NCBI GenBank assembly: GCA_963668355.1
Contig: OY764265.1
Span: 128,001 to 192,000 of the forward strand
DNA from: Bdellovibrionota bacterium
GTDB lineage: Bacteria; Bdellovibrionota_G; JALEGL01; DATDPG01
Length of the DNA stretch: 64,000 nucleotides
Direction: 5' to 3'
How positions within the stretch are numbered: the stretch's first letter is position 1; every line of letters begins with the position of its first letter. The notes below the pieces were generated by a model that saw only the letters and a program-made list of their open reading frames with translations, made no database searches and was not told where the DNA came from. Shown here in pieces: positions 20,209-29,780 of the stretch. Made by a program: the position numbers and the translations under genes.

Positions 20209-21498
20209 ATGACCCAAGATAAACGACCGACCCGAGTTCTCTTCTTAAGTAGCTGCATCAATGGAGGCGGCGCAGGGAGAAGTCTGACCGTTTACTTGAA
20301 CCACGAAGGGGAAAACGTGGAAGCTCATGTCGTTATGCCTGAACCCGGTGTCATCGAAGAGCGCATCGAAAAAAATGTCAAAAAAATCTGGTACGTCAAA
20401 GAATTCGTCGAACGAATTCAGCGCTGTCCCTATGCATGGGTCGAAAAACTGGGTTGGACCTGGCTTCATTGGCTCATGAATTTTTTTGCGCTGCCGATTG
20501 CCACAGCTCGAATCATTTGCATCGCAAGACGCATTAAACCCGACATCATTTACTGCAACCATATGTTGGCCAATCCAGTAGGAGCTTTTGTCGGTACGTG
20601 GCTCAAGATTCCCGTCGTATTCCACGCAAGAAATATTCATGTCGCTTGGTTGGGTCGAAAGTTTTATCGTTTTTTGGCCGGTCTTTCTTGCACACGAAGG
20701 GTCATTTGCAATTCACTTGCCTCAGCTCTCATCTATCGTGAATACACAGAGGAAAAAGTAAGCGTCATCTACAATTTTGTCGATCTCTCGGAGTTTGATC
20801 GCTCCATCATTTCCCCGCTTCTTCGAAAGTCTTACAACATCCCTGAAGACGCTTTGGTCATTGGATATTTGGGACGCATCTTGAAAAAGAAAGGCATCCA
20901 CGTCCTATTAAATGCCTTTGCTCGAATCTATGCCACGAACCCCAAAGCTTACTTGGTTCTCGTCGGAGACAATGATGGTGCCCTTCACCATGATATGCGC
21001 GCACGATGTGAGGCCTATGCGAAAAATCTGGAAATTTCGGATCGCACGTTTTTCGTGGGATTCAAAGAAGACATTCGCCCCTATTTGGCTGATTTTGACA
21101 TCTTAACCCTCCCATCCGTCGAACCCGAATCGTTCGGTCGGGTCTTGATTGAAGCCATGGCGGTTGGAATCCCTTCAGTTGTATCGGCTCATGGAGGCGC
21201 CGTGGAAGTGGTCAAGCATGGTTTAAATGGTCTTTGGTCCATCCCTGGGGACTATGACGACCTCGCCAGACAATTGGATACGTTGCTCAGTGATGCAGAT
21301 CTTCGACAAAGACTTGGACGATTTGGAATGGATCATGTTCGTGAACAATTTTCCGAAAGTGAATTGGCCCGAAGAATCACTGAAGTACTGAACGAAGTTC
21401 GAAATCAAAAAGTGTTTTATTTCGAAAAGAGAAGAAAGCAATTATCGGACCTTCGAAACAAGGCCCATGAATCTAAGTCCAAACGTCGCGCAAGCTAA
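20209..21498 (+). CDS. Glycosyltransferase family 4 (GT-B)
   Basis: GGGAG, GRILKKKG, ESFGRVLIEAMA. Confidence 0.9.
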   Translation: MTQDKRPTRVLFLSSCINGGGAGRSLTVYLNHEGENVEAHVVMPEPGVIEERIEKNVKKIWYVKEFVERIQRCPYAWVEKLGWTWLHWLMNFFALPIATARIICIARRIKPDIIYCNHMLANPVGAFVGTWLKIPVVFHARNIHVAWLGRKFYRFLAGLSCTRRVICNSLASALIYREYTEEKVSVIYNFVDLSEFDRSIISPLLRKSYNIPEDALVIGYLGRILKKKGIHVLLNAFARIYATNPKAYLVLVGDNDGALHHDMRARCEAYAKNLEISDRTFFVGFKEDIRPYLADFDILTLPSVEPESFGRVLIEAMAVGIPSVVSAHGGAVEVVKHGLNGLWSIPGDYDDLARQLDTLLSDADLRQRLGRFGMDHVREQFSESELARRITEVLNEVRNQKVFYFEKRRKQLSDLRNKAHESKSKRRAS

Positions 21499-22288
21499 TG
21501 ACGCTTAATCCTTTTTCTTGAATTCCTCGCAGAATTTTCGGAAGAGCGCTCACCAAGGAATCTCTCCTCCCAGGTTTATTTGCCGCAAAACCGTCATGCA
21601 TGAGTAAAATATCTCCTTCACGAATTCGGTTCAACGCTCGGTCGACAATTTCTTGCGGCGGCGGGTTTTCAACATCATATAAAGGATAGGAGAAGCCAAT
21701 CATTTTCTGATTAGATGCTTTTACGATTCTCTCAACCGTCCGACTTTTGAACCCTTTCGGACATCGAAAAAATTTTGGAGGTTCGCCACATATATCTTGA
21801 ATGACTTTCGTGGCTTGCACGATTTCATCTTGAATTTCATGCTTACCCAGCTTCGGGAGTACGCGATGAGTCATCGAGTGAACCGCTACTTCGTGACCTC
21901 GTTCAAAAATGGCTTTGGCAATCTCCGGATGCTTCTGAACATTTTCACCAATGCAAAAGAACATGGCCTTTACGTCGAATTGGTCCAAGATGTCGAGAAT
22001 CTCCAACGTATATGGATCACTGGGACCATCATCAAACGTAAGAGCGATATGTCCTGACGCATATGGTTTGGGTAGCCGGTGAGGTGCAAACGAAAACACA
22101 TTCACGCCCGGAACCATCATGTCGAGAAAGTACAACGCAAGACCTAGAAAAAAAACTGCAAGAACAATTCCAAATATCCCGTTCCATGGAGAGGGCAACA
22201 AAGAAATGGCCCAAAAAGAGCCCCCTCCAAGGAGCAAAAAGATCCCCACGTGACGAAAGATTTTCCAAATCGTACGTAAGGGAATCAT
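21473..22288 (-). CDS. Membrane-anchored polysaccharide deacetylase (CE4/NodB)
   Basis: Two N-terminal TM segments; LTFDDGP, HSMTH, FRCPKG, LLMHD. Confidence 0.88.
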   Translation of the reverse strand: MIPLRTIWKIFRHVGIFLLLGGGSFWAISLLPSPWNGIFGIVLAVFFLGLALYFLDMMVPGVNVFSFAPHRLPKPYASGHIALTFDDGPSDPYTLEILDILDQFDVKAMFFCIGENVQKHPEIAKAIFERGHEVAVHSMTHRVLPKLGKHEIQDEIVQATKVIQDICGEPPKFFRCPKGFKSRTVERIVKASNQKMIGFSYPLYDVENPPPQEIVDRALNRIREGDILLMHDGFAANKPGRRDSLVSALPKILRGIQEKGLSVISLRDVWT

Positions 22289-22297
22289 GAGTGGTTC

Positions 22298-23731
22298 TTA
22301 CGCGTCGAAATACAAAGCCACCTCTCGCGGATGGGGTCGCTTTCGAACATCCGTGGCTTCATCCCGCTTCCGTTCGATCCAAGCCTGGATGGTGTCCTCA
22401 TGAAAGACGTCGCCTTCCATCAAGAATTCGTGATCTTTTTCCAAAGCCACCAAGGCATCCGCCAATGTCAAAGGTATGGTTTTCACCCGAGAGGTTTTTC
22501 CTCGATCCATGCCTTGCAAACTCTGATCGAAGGGGCCGCATCCTAAATCTTTTGGATTGATTTTGTTTTTGATTCCGTCCAAGCCTGCCATGAGCATTCC
22601 TGCTAAGGCCAGGTAGATATTGCATGTGGCATCTGGGGGACGAAACTCGATGCGTTTGGTCTCGGGGGTATTTCCCGCTTCCGGGATCCGAATGGCCGCA
22701 CTTCGATTGGCCAGGCCATAAATTAGATGAATCGGAGCCTCAAACCCTGGAACCAAGCGCTTATATGAATTGGTACTTGGGTTCGTTAGAGCGGAAAGCG
22801 CCGCTCCATGATGAAGAATGCCCCCAATATAATAGAGGGCTGTTTCACTCAGCTGCGCCCAGCCGTTTTCATCCCAAAAAAGAGGTTTTCCTTTAAGCCA
22901 TAGATTCTGGTGTACATGCATTCCGTTTCCGGCGTCATTCCAAAGAGGTTTGGGCATGAATGTCGCCACCTTTCCCTCTTCATGAGCCAACATACGAATA
23001 AGATATTTCACCGTCATCGTAACGTCCCCCGCGGACAAAAGCGGGTGAAAGAGAACCTCGATTTCCGATTGTCCAGCTCCCCCAACTTCATGATGGTGAT
23101 ATTTCACAGGGATCCCACAGTCCTGAACCTGATGAACAATCCGATCTCTTAATTTATAGAGTCGATCTTGTGGAGGAAGTGCATGATACCCCCCTTTTTG
23201 AGGCAATACGGTCCCGACACCATCTACGTTCCCGGAGTTCCACTCAGCTTCCGAAACATCCACTTCGTAAAACGTGGAATTTACGGCGGATTGATGCCGA
23301 ACAGAATCAAAAATATGAAATTCAAACTCTGGGCTCATGGACGCCAAATCTGCAATCCCTGTGGATTTCATGTGTTCTTCGGCCCTTCGCGCAATGCCTC
23401 TCGGATCGCGGGCATAGGCCTTTCCATCTCCCGTATAAATATCGCAGATGAGGCTTAAAGTGGGACGTTCCCAGAACGGATCCAACATTTTGGTGGAAGG
23501 GTCGGGAATGAGTGTCATATCGCTACGGGTGCTTCGCGTATATCCGGGGATGCTGGATCCATCAAACGCCACGCCCGAGGAAAAGAACCCCTCGTCCAGT
23601 CGTTCGACAGGAATGCTGACATGGTGCCATCTCCCAATCAGACTAACAAACTTCAGGTCCACCGTTTGGACGTGTTTTTCTTTCGCAAACGTTAGAACTT
23701 CTTGAATCTTGGCTCCATCTGGCTTAACCAT
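22298..23731 (-). CDS. glnA: Type I glutamine synthetase
   Basis: FDGSSI, PEFEF, HHHEVG, TFMPKP, GNGMHVH, NSYKRLVPGFEAP, NRSAAIRIP, RIEFR; start at MVKPD after ACAGGAG. Confidence 0.95.
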   Translation of the reverse strand: MVKPDGAKIQEVLTFAKEKHVQTVDLKFVSLIGRWHHVSIPVERLDEGFFSSGVAFDGSSIPGYTRSTRSDMTLIPDPSTKMLDPFWERPTLSLICDIYTGDGKAYARDPRGIARRAEEHMKSTGIADLASMSPEFEFHIFDSVRHQSAVNSTFYEVDVSEAEWNSGNVDGVGTVLPQKGGYHALPPQDRLYKLRDRIVHQVQDCGIPVKYHHHEVGGAGQSEIEVLFHPLLSAGDVTMTVKYLIRMLAHEEGKVATFMPKPLWNDAGNGMHVHQNLWLKGKPLFWDENGWAQLSETALYYIGGILHHGAALSALTNPSTNSYKRLVPGFEAPIHLIYGLANRSAAIRIPEAGNTPETKRIEFRPPDATCNIYLALAGMLMAGLDGIKNKINPKDLGCGPFDQSLQGMDRGKTSRVKTIPLTLADALVALEKDHEFLMEGDVFHEDTIQAWIERKRDEATDVRKRPHPREVALYFDA

Positions 23732-23858
23732 CTCTAAATCTCCTGTTCCACCTTTCAAATCCAATATTAGCGGAAGGATCCTACACACTTAGGCCGCACA
23801 AGCAACCCAAGCTCCCAGCTAAAACGGGGGGAAATTTCTTCGTTGAATTTTTTCCTTT

Positions 23859-23872
23859 TGTGCATATGCACA
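23859..23872. promoter_or_regulatory. Perfect palindrome TGTGCATATGCACA, candidate operator
   Basis: 14-bp palindrome in the divergent glnA / NifB-NifX intergenic region. Confidence 0.5.
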
Positions 23873-23913
23873 TAATCTGTACAATACACGCATCTCAAGA
23901 TGAAGGAGAATAT

Positions 23914-24270
23914 ATGAAAATTTGCGTTCCCAGCATGGATGATAAAGGTCTACAGGCTCCCGTTTCTGGACATTTTGGCTCGGCCACAACGTTCACGATT
24001 TTTGATACGGAAACCCAAGAGGTGGAAGTCTTAGTCAACCAGAATGATCATCAACATCATGGGGGATGTACACCCGTTGGTCTTTTGGCAGAGAAAAAAA
24101 TCAATGCCATCATTTGCCAAGGAATGGGAAAAAATGCGATCACGCGACTCTCTCAGGGAGGAATCGACGTCTACGTAACCCAGGCCAATCAGGTTCAAAT
24201 GGCCTTGGATGAGTTTCAAAAAGGTTCGCTTGAAAAGATCTCCCTGGACCATGCTTGTCCAGGGCACTAA
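23914..24270 (+). CDS. NifB/NifX-family (dinitrogenase FeMo-cofactor domain) protein
   Basis: MKICVP, HFG, HQHHGGC, IICQGMG, C-terminal HACPGH; AAGGAG SD. Confidence 0.85.
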   Translation: MKICVPSMDDKGLQAPVSGHFGSATTFTIFDTETQEVEVLVNQNDHQHHGGCTPVGLLAEKKINAIICQGMGKNAITRLSQGGIDVYVTQANQVQMALDEFQKGSLEKISLDHACPGH

Positions 24271-25158
24271 TCAATTTTTGTTGATCGAAGCCAAACGCTC
24301 CAGTCGTTCATAATTTTCGGCTGCGTGTCGTTTAATGCTTTCGATATCCACATTCTCACTCTTAAAACGTTTTTGCTTGGCAAAATATTCGGATGGATCC
24401 ATTCCGTCCGGCTTCTCATTGATCACATAACGGATTCCATCAAATACTTCATAAAGTGGAAACAACCCGCTGCGAACAGCCACACGAACCAGTTCTATAG
24501 ATTCTCCCGGTTCAGACTTCCAGCCCGTTGGGCAAGGGGAGTGAATCAGGAAAAAGCGAAAGCCCTTCATGTCCATCGCAGTTTGGACTTTGCGTTGAAA
24601 ATCTTCGGGATGAGCAATTGAAAGTGTTGCAGCATAGGGGACTCGGTGAGCCGCCATGATTTCCAAGATGTCTTTCTTTCCCTCTAATTTTCCCGAAGGC
24701 GTCGTGGTCGTCTTGGCTCCCGGAGGTGTCGCAGAACTTCTCTGGCCCCCGGTGTTCCCATAGATTTCATTGTCGTAACAGACATAAATCAAATCATCGT
24801 TTCGCTCAGCAGCGGCCGACAATGTACCCAAGCCAATATCGTAGGTCCCGCCATCTCCGGCCCAACATACGGTAGTTTGGGGGTCTTGATTTAATTCGGT
24901 GGCAGCTGCGACGCCACTCCCAAAAGCAGGTGAAGACGCAAATGTGGCGGCAACCACAGGCACTCCATAACTCGTCGTAGGAAATGCACCAGCCGTAACA
25001 ATTCCACAACAAGCAGGAATCACCATCGTGGATTGCCTTTTTCCCAGGGCACGTCCGAACATGGTCAAAGCACTGCTCATTCCACATCCCCCACAGTTGG
25101 TATTCCCTGCGCGAAGGAGGCATTCTTCCGGCATGTGTTGTTGAACTACCTGAGTCAT
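24271..25158 (-). CDS. porB: 2-oxoacid oxidoreductase beta subunit (TPP-binding)
   Basis: CGGCG, GDGG...YDNEIYGNTGGQ, SPCPTGW; ATGA overlap with the alpha subunit. Confidence 0.88.
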   Translation of the reverse strand: MTQVVQQHMPEECLLRAGNTNCGGCGMSSALTMFGRALGKRQSTMVIPACCGIVTAGAFPTTSYGVPVVAATFASSPAFGSGVAAATELNQDPQTTVCWAGDGGTYDIGLGTLSAAAERNDDLIYVCYDNEIYGNTGGQRSSATPPGAKTTTTPSGKLEGKKDILEIMAAHRVPYAATLSIAHPEDFQRKVQTAMDMKGFRFFLIHSPCPTGWKSEPGESIELVRVAVRSGLFPLYEVFDGIRYVINEKPDGMDPSEYFAKQKRFKSENVDIESIKRHAAENYERLERLASINKN

Positions 25159-26327
25159 GCGTCCACCCCCTTCCAAATAGGAGCTGATACCTGTTTACGT
25201 TCCTTCAAATCGTCGATGACTTCGTCAATCATTTGAGGGACCACATCCCCTCCTCCCACTCCGGTTAAGTAACTCTGAACCATGGCATTGGAAACGCCCT
25301 GAAGAGCAGAACGAACATCGTGACAAAAGATTCCTCCCACGCCGGCCGCATAGTTTCGGTCCAACACGCCGATCTTAGAAATTCCCTTGGTCAGGTTTCG
25401 GATGAGATCTGTCGGGAAAGGTCGAAACATTTTAATTCGAATCAACCCCACCTTCTCACCCTTGGCTCTCCGAGACTTCACCACCTCAAGAGCTGTTGTG
25501 GCCACAGTGCTGGAAGCGACCAGCACATGGTCCGCATCCTCTGTATAGTGGGCAGACACCATTCCATCAAAAGAGCGTCCAAAATGTTCTTCAAAAGCCT
25601 TTCGATGTTCTTCAAAAACTTCAGGTACGCGAGACACGGCTTCTTCCATTTCCACTCGTTGACTGGCCGTTTCTCGCGGCCAAGCCAACCCCCCAGTGGT
25701 GAATGGCTTCTCATGATTTAGTCGATGGGGAAGATCACAGATCGGCAAAAAGGCATCGACCTGGGATTGATCCGGTAAATCCACTTGCATGGCTGTATGA
25801 GAAACAATAAATGCATCCATGCAGATCATCACGGGCAATAAGATGCGTTTGTCCTCAGCCAAACGAAAAGCAAGCAAGGAAGTGTCTGCCACATCTTGAT
25901 TGGAGTTGCAGTAAAACTGAATCCAACCGAAGTCTCTAAACATCAATGAATCGCCTTGATCCGCCCAAATATTCCAGGGAGGACCCAGCGTTCGGTTGAC
26001 CGCGACCATCACAATCGGCAACCGATAAAACGCAGCGACCATAATATTCTCAGCCATGTACGCCAATCCATTCGAAGCACTGGCCGTAAACGAACGTGCA
26101 CCATGAAGGGAAGCACCAATGCAGACCCCCATGGCCGAATGCTCACTTTCGACCGCCACCACTTTGCCCTTTTCAAAAGGAAATTTGGCCACATACTCCA
26201 CAATTTCGGTTTGAGGCGTAATCGGATAAATTCCGGACACGACGCCCCTTCCTTTTCGATTCGCTTCTCCGGCTCTACTTAAGGCATAGCCAGCTGCATG
26301 ATTTCCCGTTACGAGTTGAACCGCCAT
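25155..26327 (-). CDS. porA: 2-oxoacid oxidoreductase alpha subunit
   Basis: GNHA, YPITPQT, VESEHSAM, FRPFP, DRN. Confidence 0.88.
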   Translation of the reverse strand: MAVQLVTGNHAAGYALSRAGEANRKGRGVVSGIYPITPQTEIVEYVAKFPFEKGKVVAVESEHSAMGVCIGASLHGARSFTASASNGLAYMAENIMVAAFYRLPIVMVAVNRTLGPPWNIWADQGDSLMFRDFGWIQFYCNSNQDVADTSLLAFRLAEDKRILLPVMICMDAFIVSHTAMQVDLPDQSQVDAFLPICDLPHRLNHEKPFTTGGLAWPRETASQRVEMEEAVSRVPEVFEEHRKAFEEHFGRSFDGMVSAHYTEDADHVLVASSTVATTALEVVKSRRAKGEKVGLIRIKMFRPFPTDLIRNLTKGISKIGVLDRNYAAGVGGIFCHDVRSALQGVSNAMVQSYLTGVGGGDVVPQMIDEVIDDLKERKQVSAPIWKGVDA

Positions 26328-26328
26328 A

Positions 26329-28545
26329 TCAAACTCCACTTTTCGCCAAAGGTTTCATGTACACCACAGACCGAGAACACTCTGCAACGCACACGCCGCA
26401 GCCTTTGCAGTACTCATAGTCAAACACTAATTCATCTCCAACTCTTTTGATGACTCCGTCTGGGCAGTACGTCACACATCGATCACAATTGTTGCAAACG
26501 CCGCAACTGAAACATCTCTGCGCTTCCTCCGCCGAAGAAAGGCCTTGGCGAACCTCTTCAAACGAATTCTTTCGATCCGAAAAGGGAATAGGATTTTCTC
26601 GATGCGTCTCTTCATGAGGAAAGTGTTGACTCTTGATTTGTTCCAAGCGCACAACATTTTCTTCGATTTTGGGAGGATCATATAATTTTTCTCCCGTGAA
26701 ATGCTCATGTAAGCGAAACGCCATATCTCGCCCACAACCAATTGCAGCCGTTACCGTCCCTTCGTTGGTCAAAAGATCTCCCGCGGCATAGGTGGTTTCT
26801 CCCAGCTCACCACCCACGGCATGATCTTTCACCAACTCCACATCTTCCGGGAACAATGAAAGATCCCGGTATTGTCCCAAAGCCAAAACCACGCGATCAC
26901 AAAAAACATCGTAGTCAGAGTTTTCGACAACCACCGGTCGACGTCGACCACTGTCATCGGGTTCACCCAATTCCATGCGTTGGCAAACCAGTCGCATTCT
27001 TTTGTCACTCTTGACAATCCTTTTGGGGGATCGAAGGAAGTCGACTTGAATGCCTTCATCAATGGCATCATCTACTTCTTCATCGATCGCCGGCATTTCT
27101 TCCCGCGTTCTTCGATACAGAATTTTTACGGACCGAGCCCCCAGTCGAAAAGCCGACCTGGCCGCATCAATGGCGGTGTTTCCGCCGCCAATCACCACGA
27201 TGTCTTCGTCTTCTACACGGATGCCGCCTTTTCGGGCCCAATTCAAAAACTCGATCCCTTGCATGACACTTCGCATGTCCTCACCCAGATCCAAGTCAAC
27301 ATTCTTCTGAAGACCGGTGGCCACCATGACACCATCGAATTTGTCTTTCAGCTCAGCCATCTCCTCTCTGGAGACTTTGTGTTTCAACTCTGTCTTGACC
27401 CCTAAATTTAAAATTCGATCAATGTCCTTATCCAGTGATTCCCGGGGCAATCGATAGGCGGGAATTCCCGTTCGCATCAACCCCCCCAATTCTTCCTCTG
27501 ACTCAAACACGGTCACTTGATATCCAAGCAAAGCCAATTGATACGCTCCAGAGAGACCTGCCGGTCCCGAACCAATCACCGCAACACTTTCTTTTCGCTT
27601 TTTCTGGGGCTTCGGTTGATGGTTCCCATGATCTCCAGCATACCGTTCCAAAGCTCGTACATTGACCGGTCCGTCCACCGTCGCGCGGTTGCACTGCATC
27701 ATGCAAAATCCTGGACAAACCCTTCCGCACACTGAGGGAAAAGGAGTGGTCCGAGCCAACACCCCCAAGGCTTCGTCCACATGATCGTTGGCCAAAGCCG
27801 CCAAGAAACCTTGAACATCATTTCCCGCAGGACAAATAAAATTGCATGGAGGGGTGGATGTTTTCTGTCCAGGTTGCTGAACAGCCCAATTGCCTGTCTT
27901 GATTGCAGGCAGGGCTCCGACATTTCCCTCGATCATTCCCGGAACACGTGCAGTAGGAATATTTACTTCTGGAGATTCGATTTTTTCAGGGGCATTGCCT
28001 TGAACAGAAACTTTTTCATACGTTTCTTTGGCCGCCTCTGCGTTGCCACCATGAAAGCCCATTTCCTCAAACGCATCCAGAACCGCTTGAAGTCTTAACT
28101 GAAGTATTTTGGCCGTGGCCCCAGCTAACGCTGTATTCACAATGGGAACCGTCTTCGTACCTAACTTATTCTTTCTCGCAATTGACGTGGCATCCACCAC
28201 CGCGACGCGATACCCCTTAAATTGGTCTTGCTTCGCAAAGGTTTCCAAAGGTTCAGGAGTATTGATCAGTATGAATCCCCCCGGTTTCAAACCCGAAGTA
28301 ATCGCGGGCGAAACCAGCGTCGGATCCAGTAAAATGACATGGTCCGGTTCGTAGATTTGATTTCGATTCAGAATGGGCTGATCGTCAAAACGAATGAACG
28401 CTTGGAGTGGAGCCCCGGAACGTTCTGCCGCATAAATGCCAAAGGCTTGAACCGATTTCCCCTCCAAATGTTGTGATGTTGCTAAAATCTTGGCGAGGGT
28501 AACCCCACCTTGACCACCTCTTCCATGAATACGAATCTCAATCAT
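26329..28545 (-). CDS. Fusion: OFOR gamma subunit + GltD/DsrL-like FAD/NAD(P) oxidoreductase + 2[4Fe-4S] ferredoxin (delta-like)
   Basis: EIRIHGRGGQG, ERSGAP; PPC...CP, CGRVC..FC...C; GSGPAG; GGGNTAID...YRR; RCFSCG, CNNCDRC...CP, CKGCGVC...C. Confidence 0.88.
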   Translation of the reverse strand: MIEIRIHGRGGQGGVTLAKILATSQHLEGKSVQAFGIYAAERSGAPLQAFIRFDDQPILNRNQIYEPDHVILLDPTLVSPAITSGLKPGGFILINTPEPLETFAKQDQFKGYRVAVVDATSIARKNKLGTKTVPIVNTALAGATAKILQLRLQAVLDAFEEMGFHGGNAEAAKETYEKVSVQGNAPEKIESPEVNIPTARVPGMIEGNVGALPAIKTGNWAVQQPGQKTSTPPCNFICPAGNDVQGFLAALANDHVDEALGVLARTTPFPSVCGRVCPGFCMMQCNRATVDGPVNVRALERYAGDHGNHQPKPQKKRKESVAVIGSGPAGLSGAYQLALLGYQVTVFESEEELGGLMRTGIPAYRLPRESLDKDIDRILNLGVKTELKHKVSREEMAELKDKFDGVMVATGLQKNVDLDLGEDMRSVMQGIEFLNWARKGGIRVEDEDIVVIGGGNTAIDAARSAFRLGARSVKILYRRTREEMPAIDEEVDDAIDEGIQVDFLRSPKRIVKSDKRMRLVCQRMELGEPDDSGRRRPVVVENSDYDVFCDRVVLALGQYRDLSLFPEDVELVKDHAVGGELGETTYAAGDLLTNEGTVTAAIGCGRDMAFRLHEHFTGEKLYDPPKIEENVVRLEQIKSQHFPHEETHRENPIPFSDRKNSFEEVRQGLSSAEEAQRCFSCGVCNNCDRCVTYCPDGVIKRVGDELVFDYEYCKGCGVCVAECSRSVVYMKPLAKSGV

Positions 28546-28737
28546 TTCAAAAGCTTCTTATCACACGGCACACCTAGCCCCAAACGACCTGCATCAGAAA
28601 CAGCCAAAAAGTTTTTTAGGAATTTTCCACATTGACCCATCGCGTCACCCCATCTCTCCTTCCCTCCACCCCTCTTCTCTGTTCTACTAGGTCTTCATGT
28701 TCCAAAGGACCCAAACCTTAGAAAGGATGTTGATCTT

Positions 28738-29169
28738 GTGAAAACCGTGGCCACATTATTGGAGGAAAAAGGGTTCCATGTTTGGTCGGTCTCACCAGAA
28801 ACCTCGGTTTTTGATGCGTTGACCTTACTTTCCGACAAAAACGTCGGGGCCCTACTCGTAATGGGTGGGAAAAAGCTCTATGGAATTTTATCCGAGCGAG
28901 ACTACGCCCGACAAATCATCTTGCGCGGAAAACGCTCCAAAGAAACCCCTGTATCCGAGATCATGAGTAAAAACATTTGTTGTGTAACGCAAAATCGGAC
29001 GGTCGAAGAGTGCATGGCGCTCATGTCCGAAAAGCATATCCGTCACCTTCCCGTGGTTGAAAATGGGGAAGTAAAGGGAATCATTTCGATTGGGGATGTT
29101 GTGAAAGGGGTCATCTCCGAAAAAGACTTCCATATCGATCAGCTTCAAAATTACATCCGAGGGGGATAG
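28738..29169 (+). CDS. CBS-pair protein
   Basis: GILSERDYAR, HIRHLPV, GIISIGDVVK. Confidence 0.9.
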   Translation: MKTVATLLEEKGFHVWSVSPETSVFDALTLLSDKNVGALLVMGGKKLYGILSERDYARQIILRGKRSKETPVSEIMSKNICCVTQNRTVEECMALMSEKHIRHLPVVENGEVKGIISIGDVVKGVISEKDFHIDQLQNYIRGG

Positions 29170-29232
29170 CTCTCACACCACCCATCCAAGTGACTCTTTG
29201 TTTTCAAACACTTAGATCGTTTTGAATCATTT

Positions 29233-29261
29233 TGAACCAAATCGCCCCCTCTCCCGTCTAA
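29233..29261 (+). promoter_or_regulatory. ECF sigma-type promoter
   Basis: TGAACC-N16-CGTCTAA upstream of the spy/cpxP-ECF-antisigma operon. Confidence 0.7.
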
Positions 29262-29297
29262 ACTCATATAACGAACCCATCACCCAGGAGTGAAAAG

Positions 29298-29762
29298 ATG
29301 TTGAAAACAAAAACCATTTCCATCCTTACTTTTTTTACCTTTCTCCTTTCCGCACTTCTTTTCATCCCCTCTGCGGATGCAAGAGGACGTGGCCGAGGAA
29401 TGGGACCCGATGATGCCGGTCCGGGTCCCCGGATGTTAGATCTTCTGGATCTTTCCAGTGAGCAGAAAGATCAGTTAAAGGCCATTCGGAGAGCTAACCG
29501 AGATAATCGAAATCAAATTCAGGACCGAATCGAAGATGCTCGCGATCATTTACAAAACCTCATGCAAAGCGATGCCAGTGAAGACGAACTACGTGCCGCC
29601 CATAAAAAAGTTCAAGAGGCCATGCAAGCCGCTGGAAACGACCGCTTTGAGCAAATGTTGAAAATCCGAGCCATTCTCACGCCCGAGCAACGAAAAGAAT
29701 TGGGGACCTACCGAGATGGACGTAAAGGACGAAGAGGAAGATCCGGCCCCCGAGGTTTCTGA
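29298..29762 (+). CDS. Spy/CpxP family periplasmic chaperone
   Basis: Signal peptide; LDLSSEQ and ILTPEQR (LTxxQ) motifs. Confidence 0.85.
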   Translation: MLKTKTISILTFFTFLLSALLFIPSADARGRGRGMGPDDAGPGPRMLDLLDLSSEQKDQLKAIRRANRDNRNQIQDRIEDARDHLQNLMQSDASEDELRAAHKKVQEAMQAAGNDRFEQMLKIRAILTPEQRKELGTYRDGRKGRRGRSGPRGF

Positions 29763-29780
29763 TTGCCCGTTTGGACTGCA

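Noticed and set aside
23914..24270. Nitrogen fixation locus
   Set aside because: NifB/NifX domain only; no nifHDK or nifEN.
26329..28545. Glutamate synthase small subunit or dissimilatory sulfur gene (dsrL)
   Set aside because: No gltB or dsr genes nearby; the domain is fused to OFOR gamma inside an OFOR operon.
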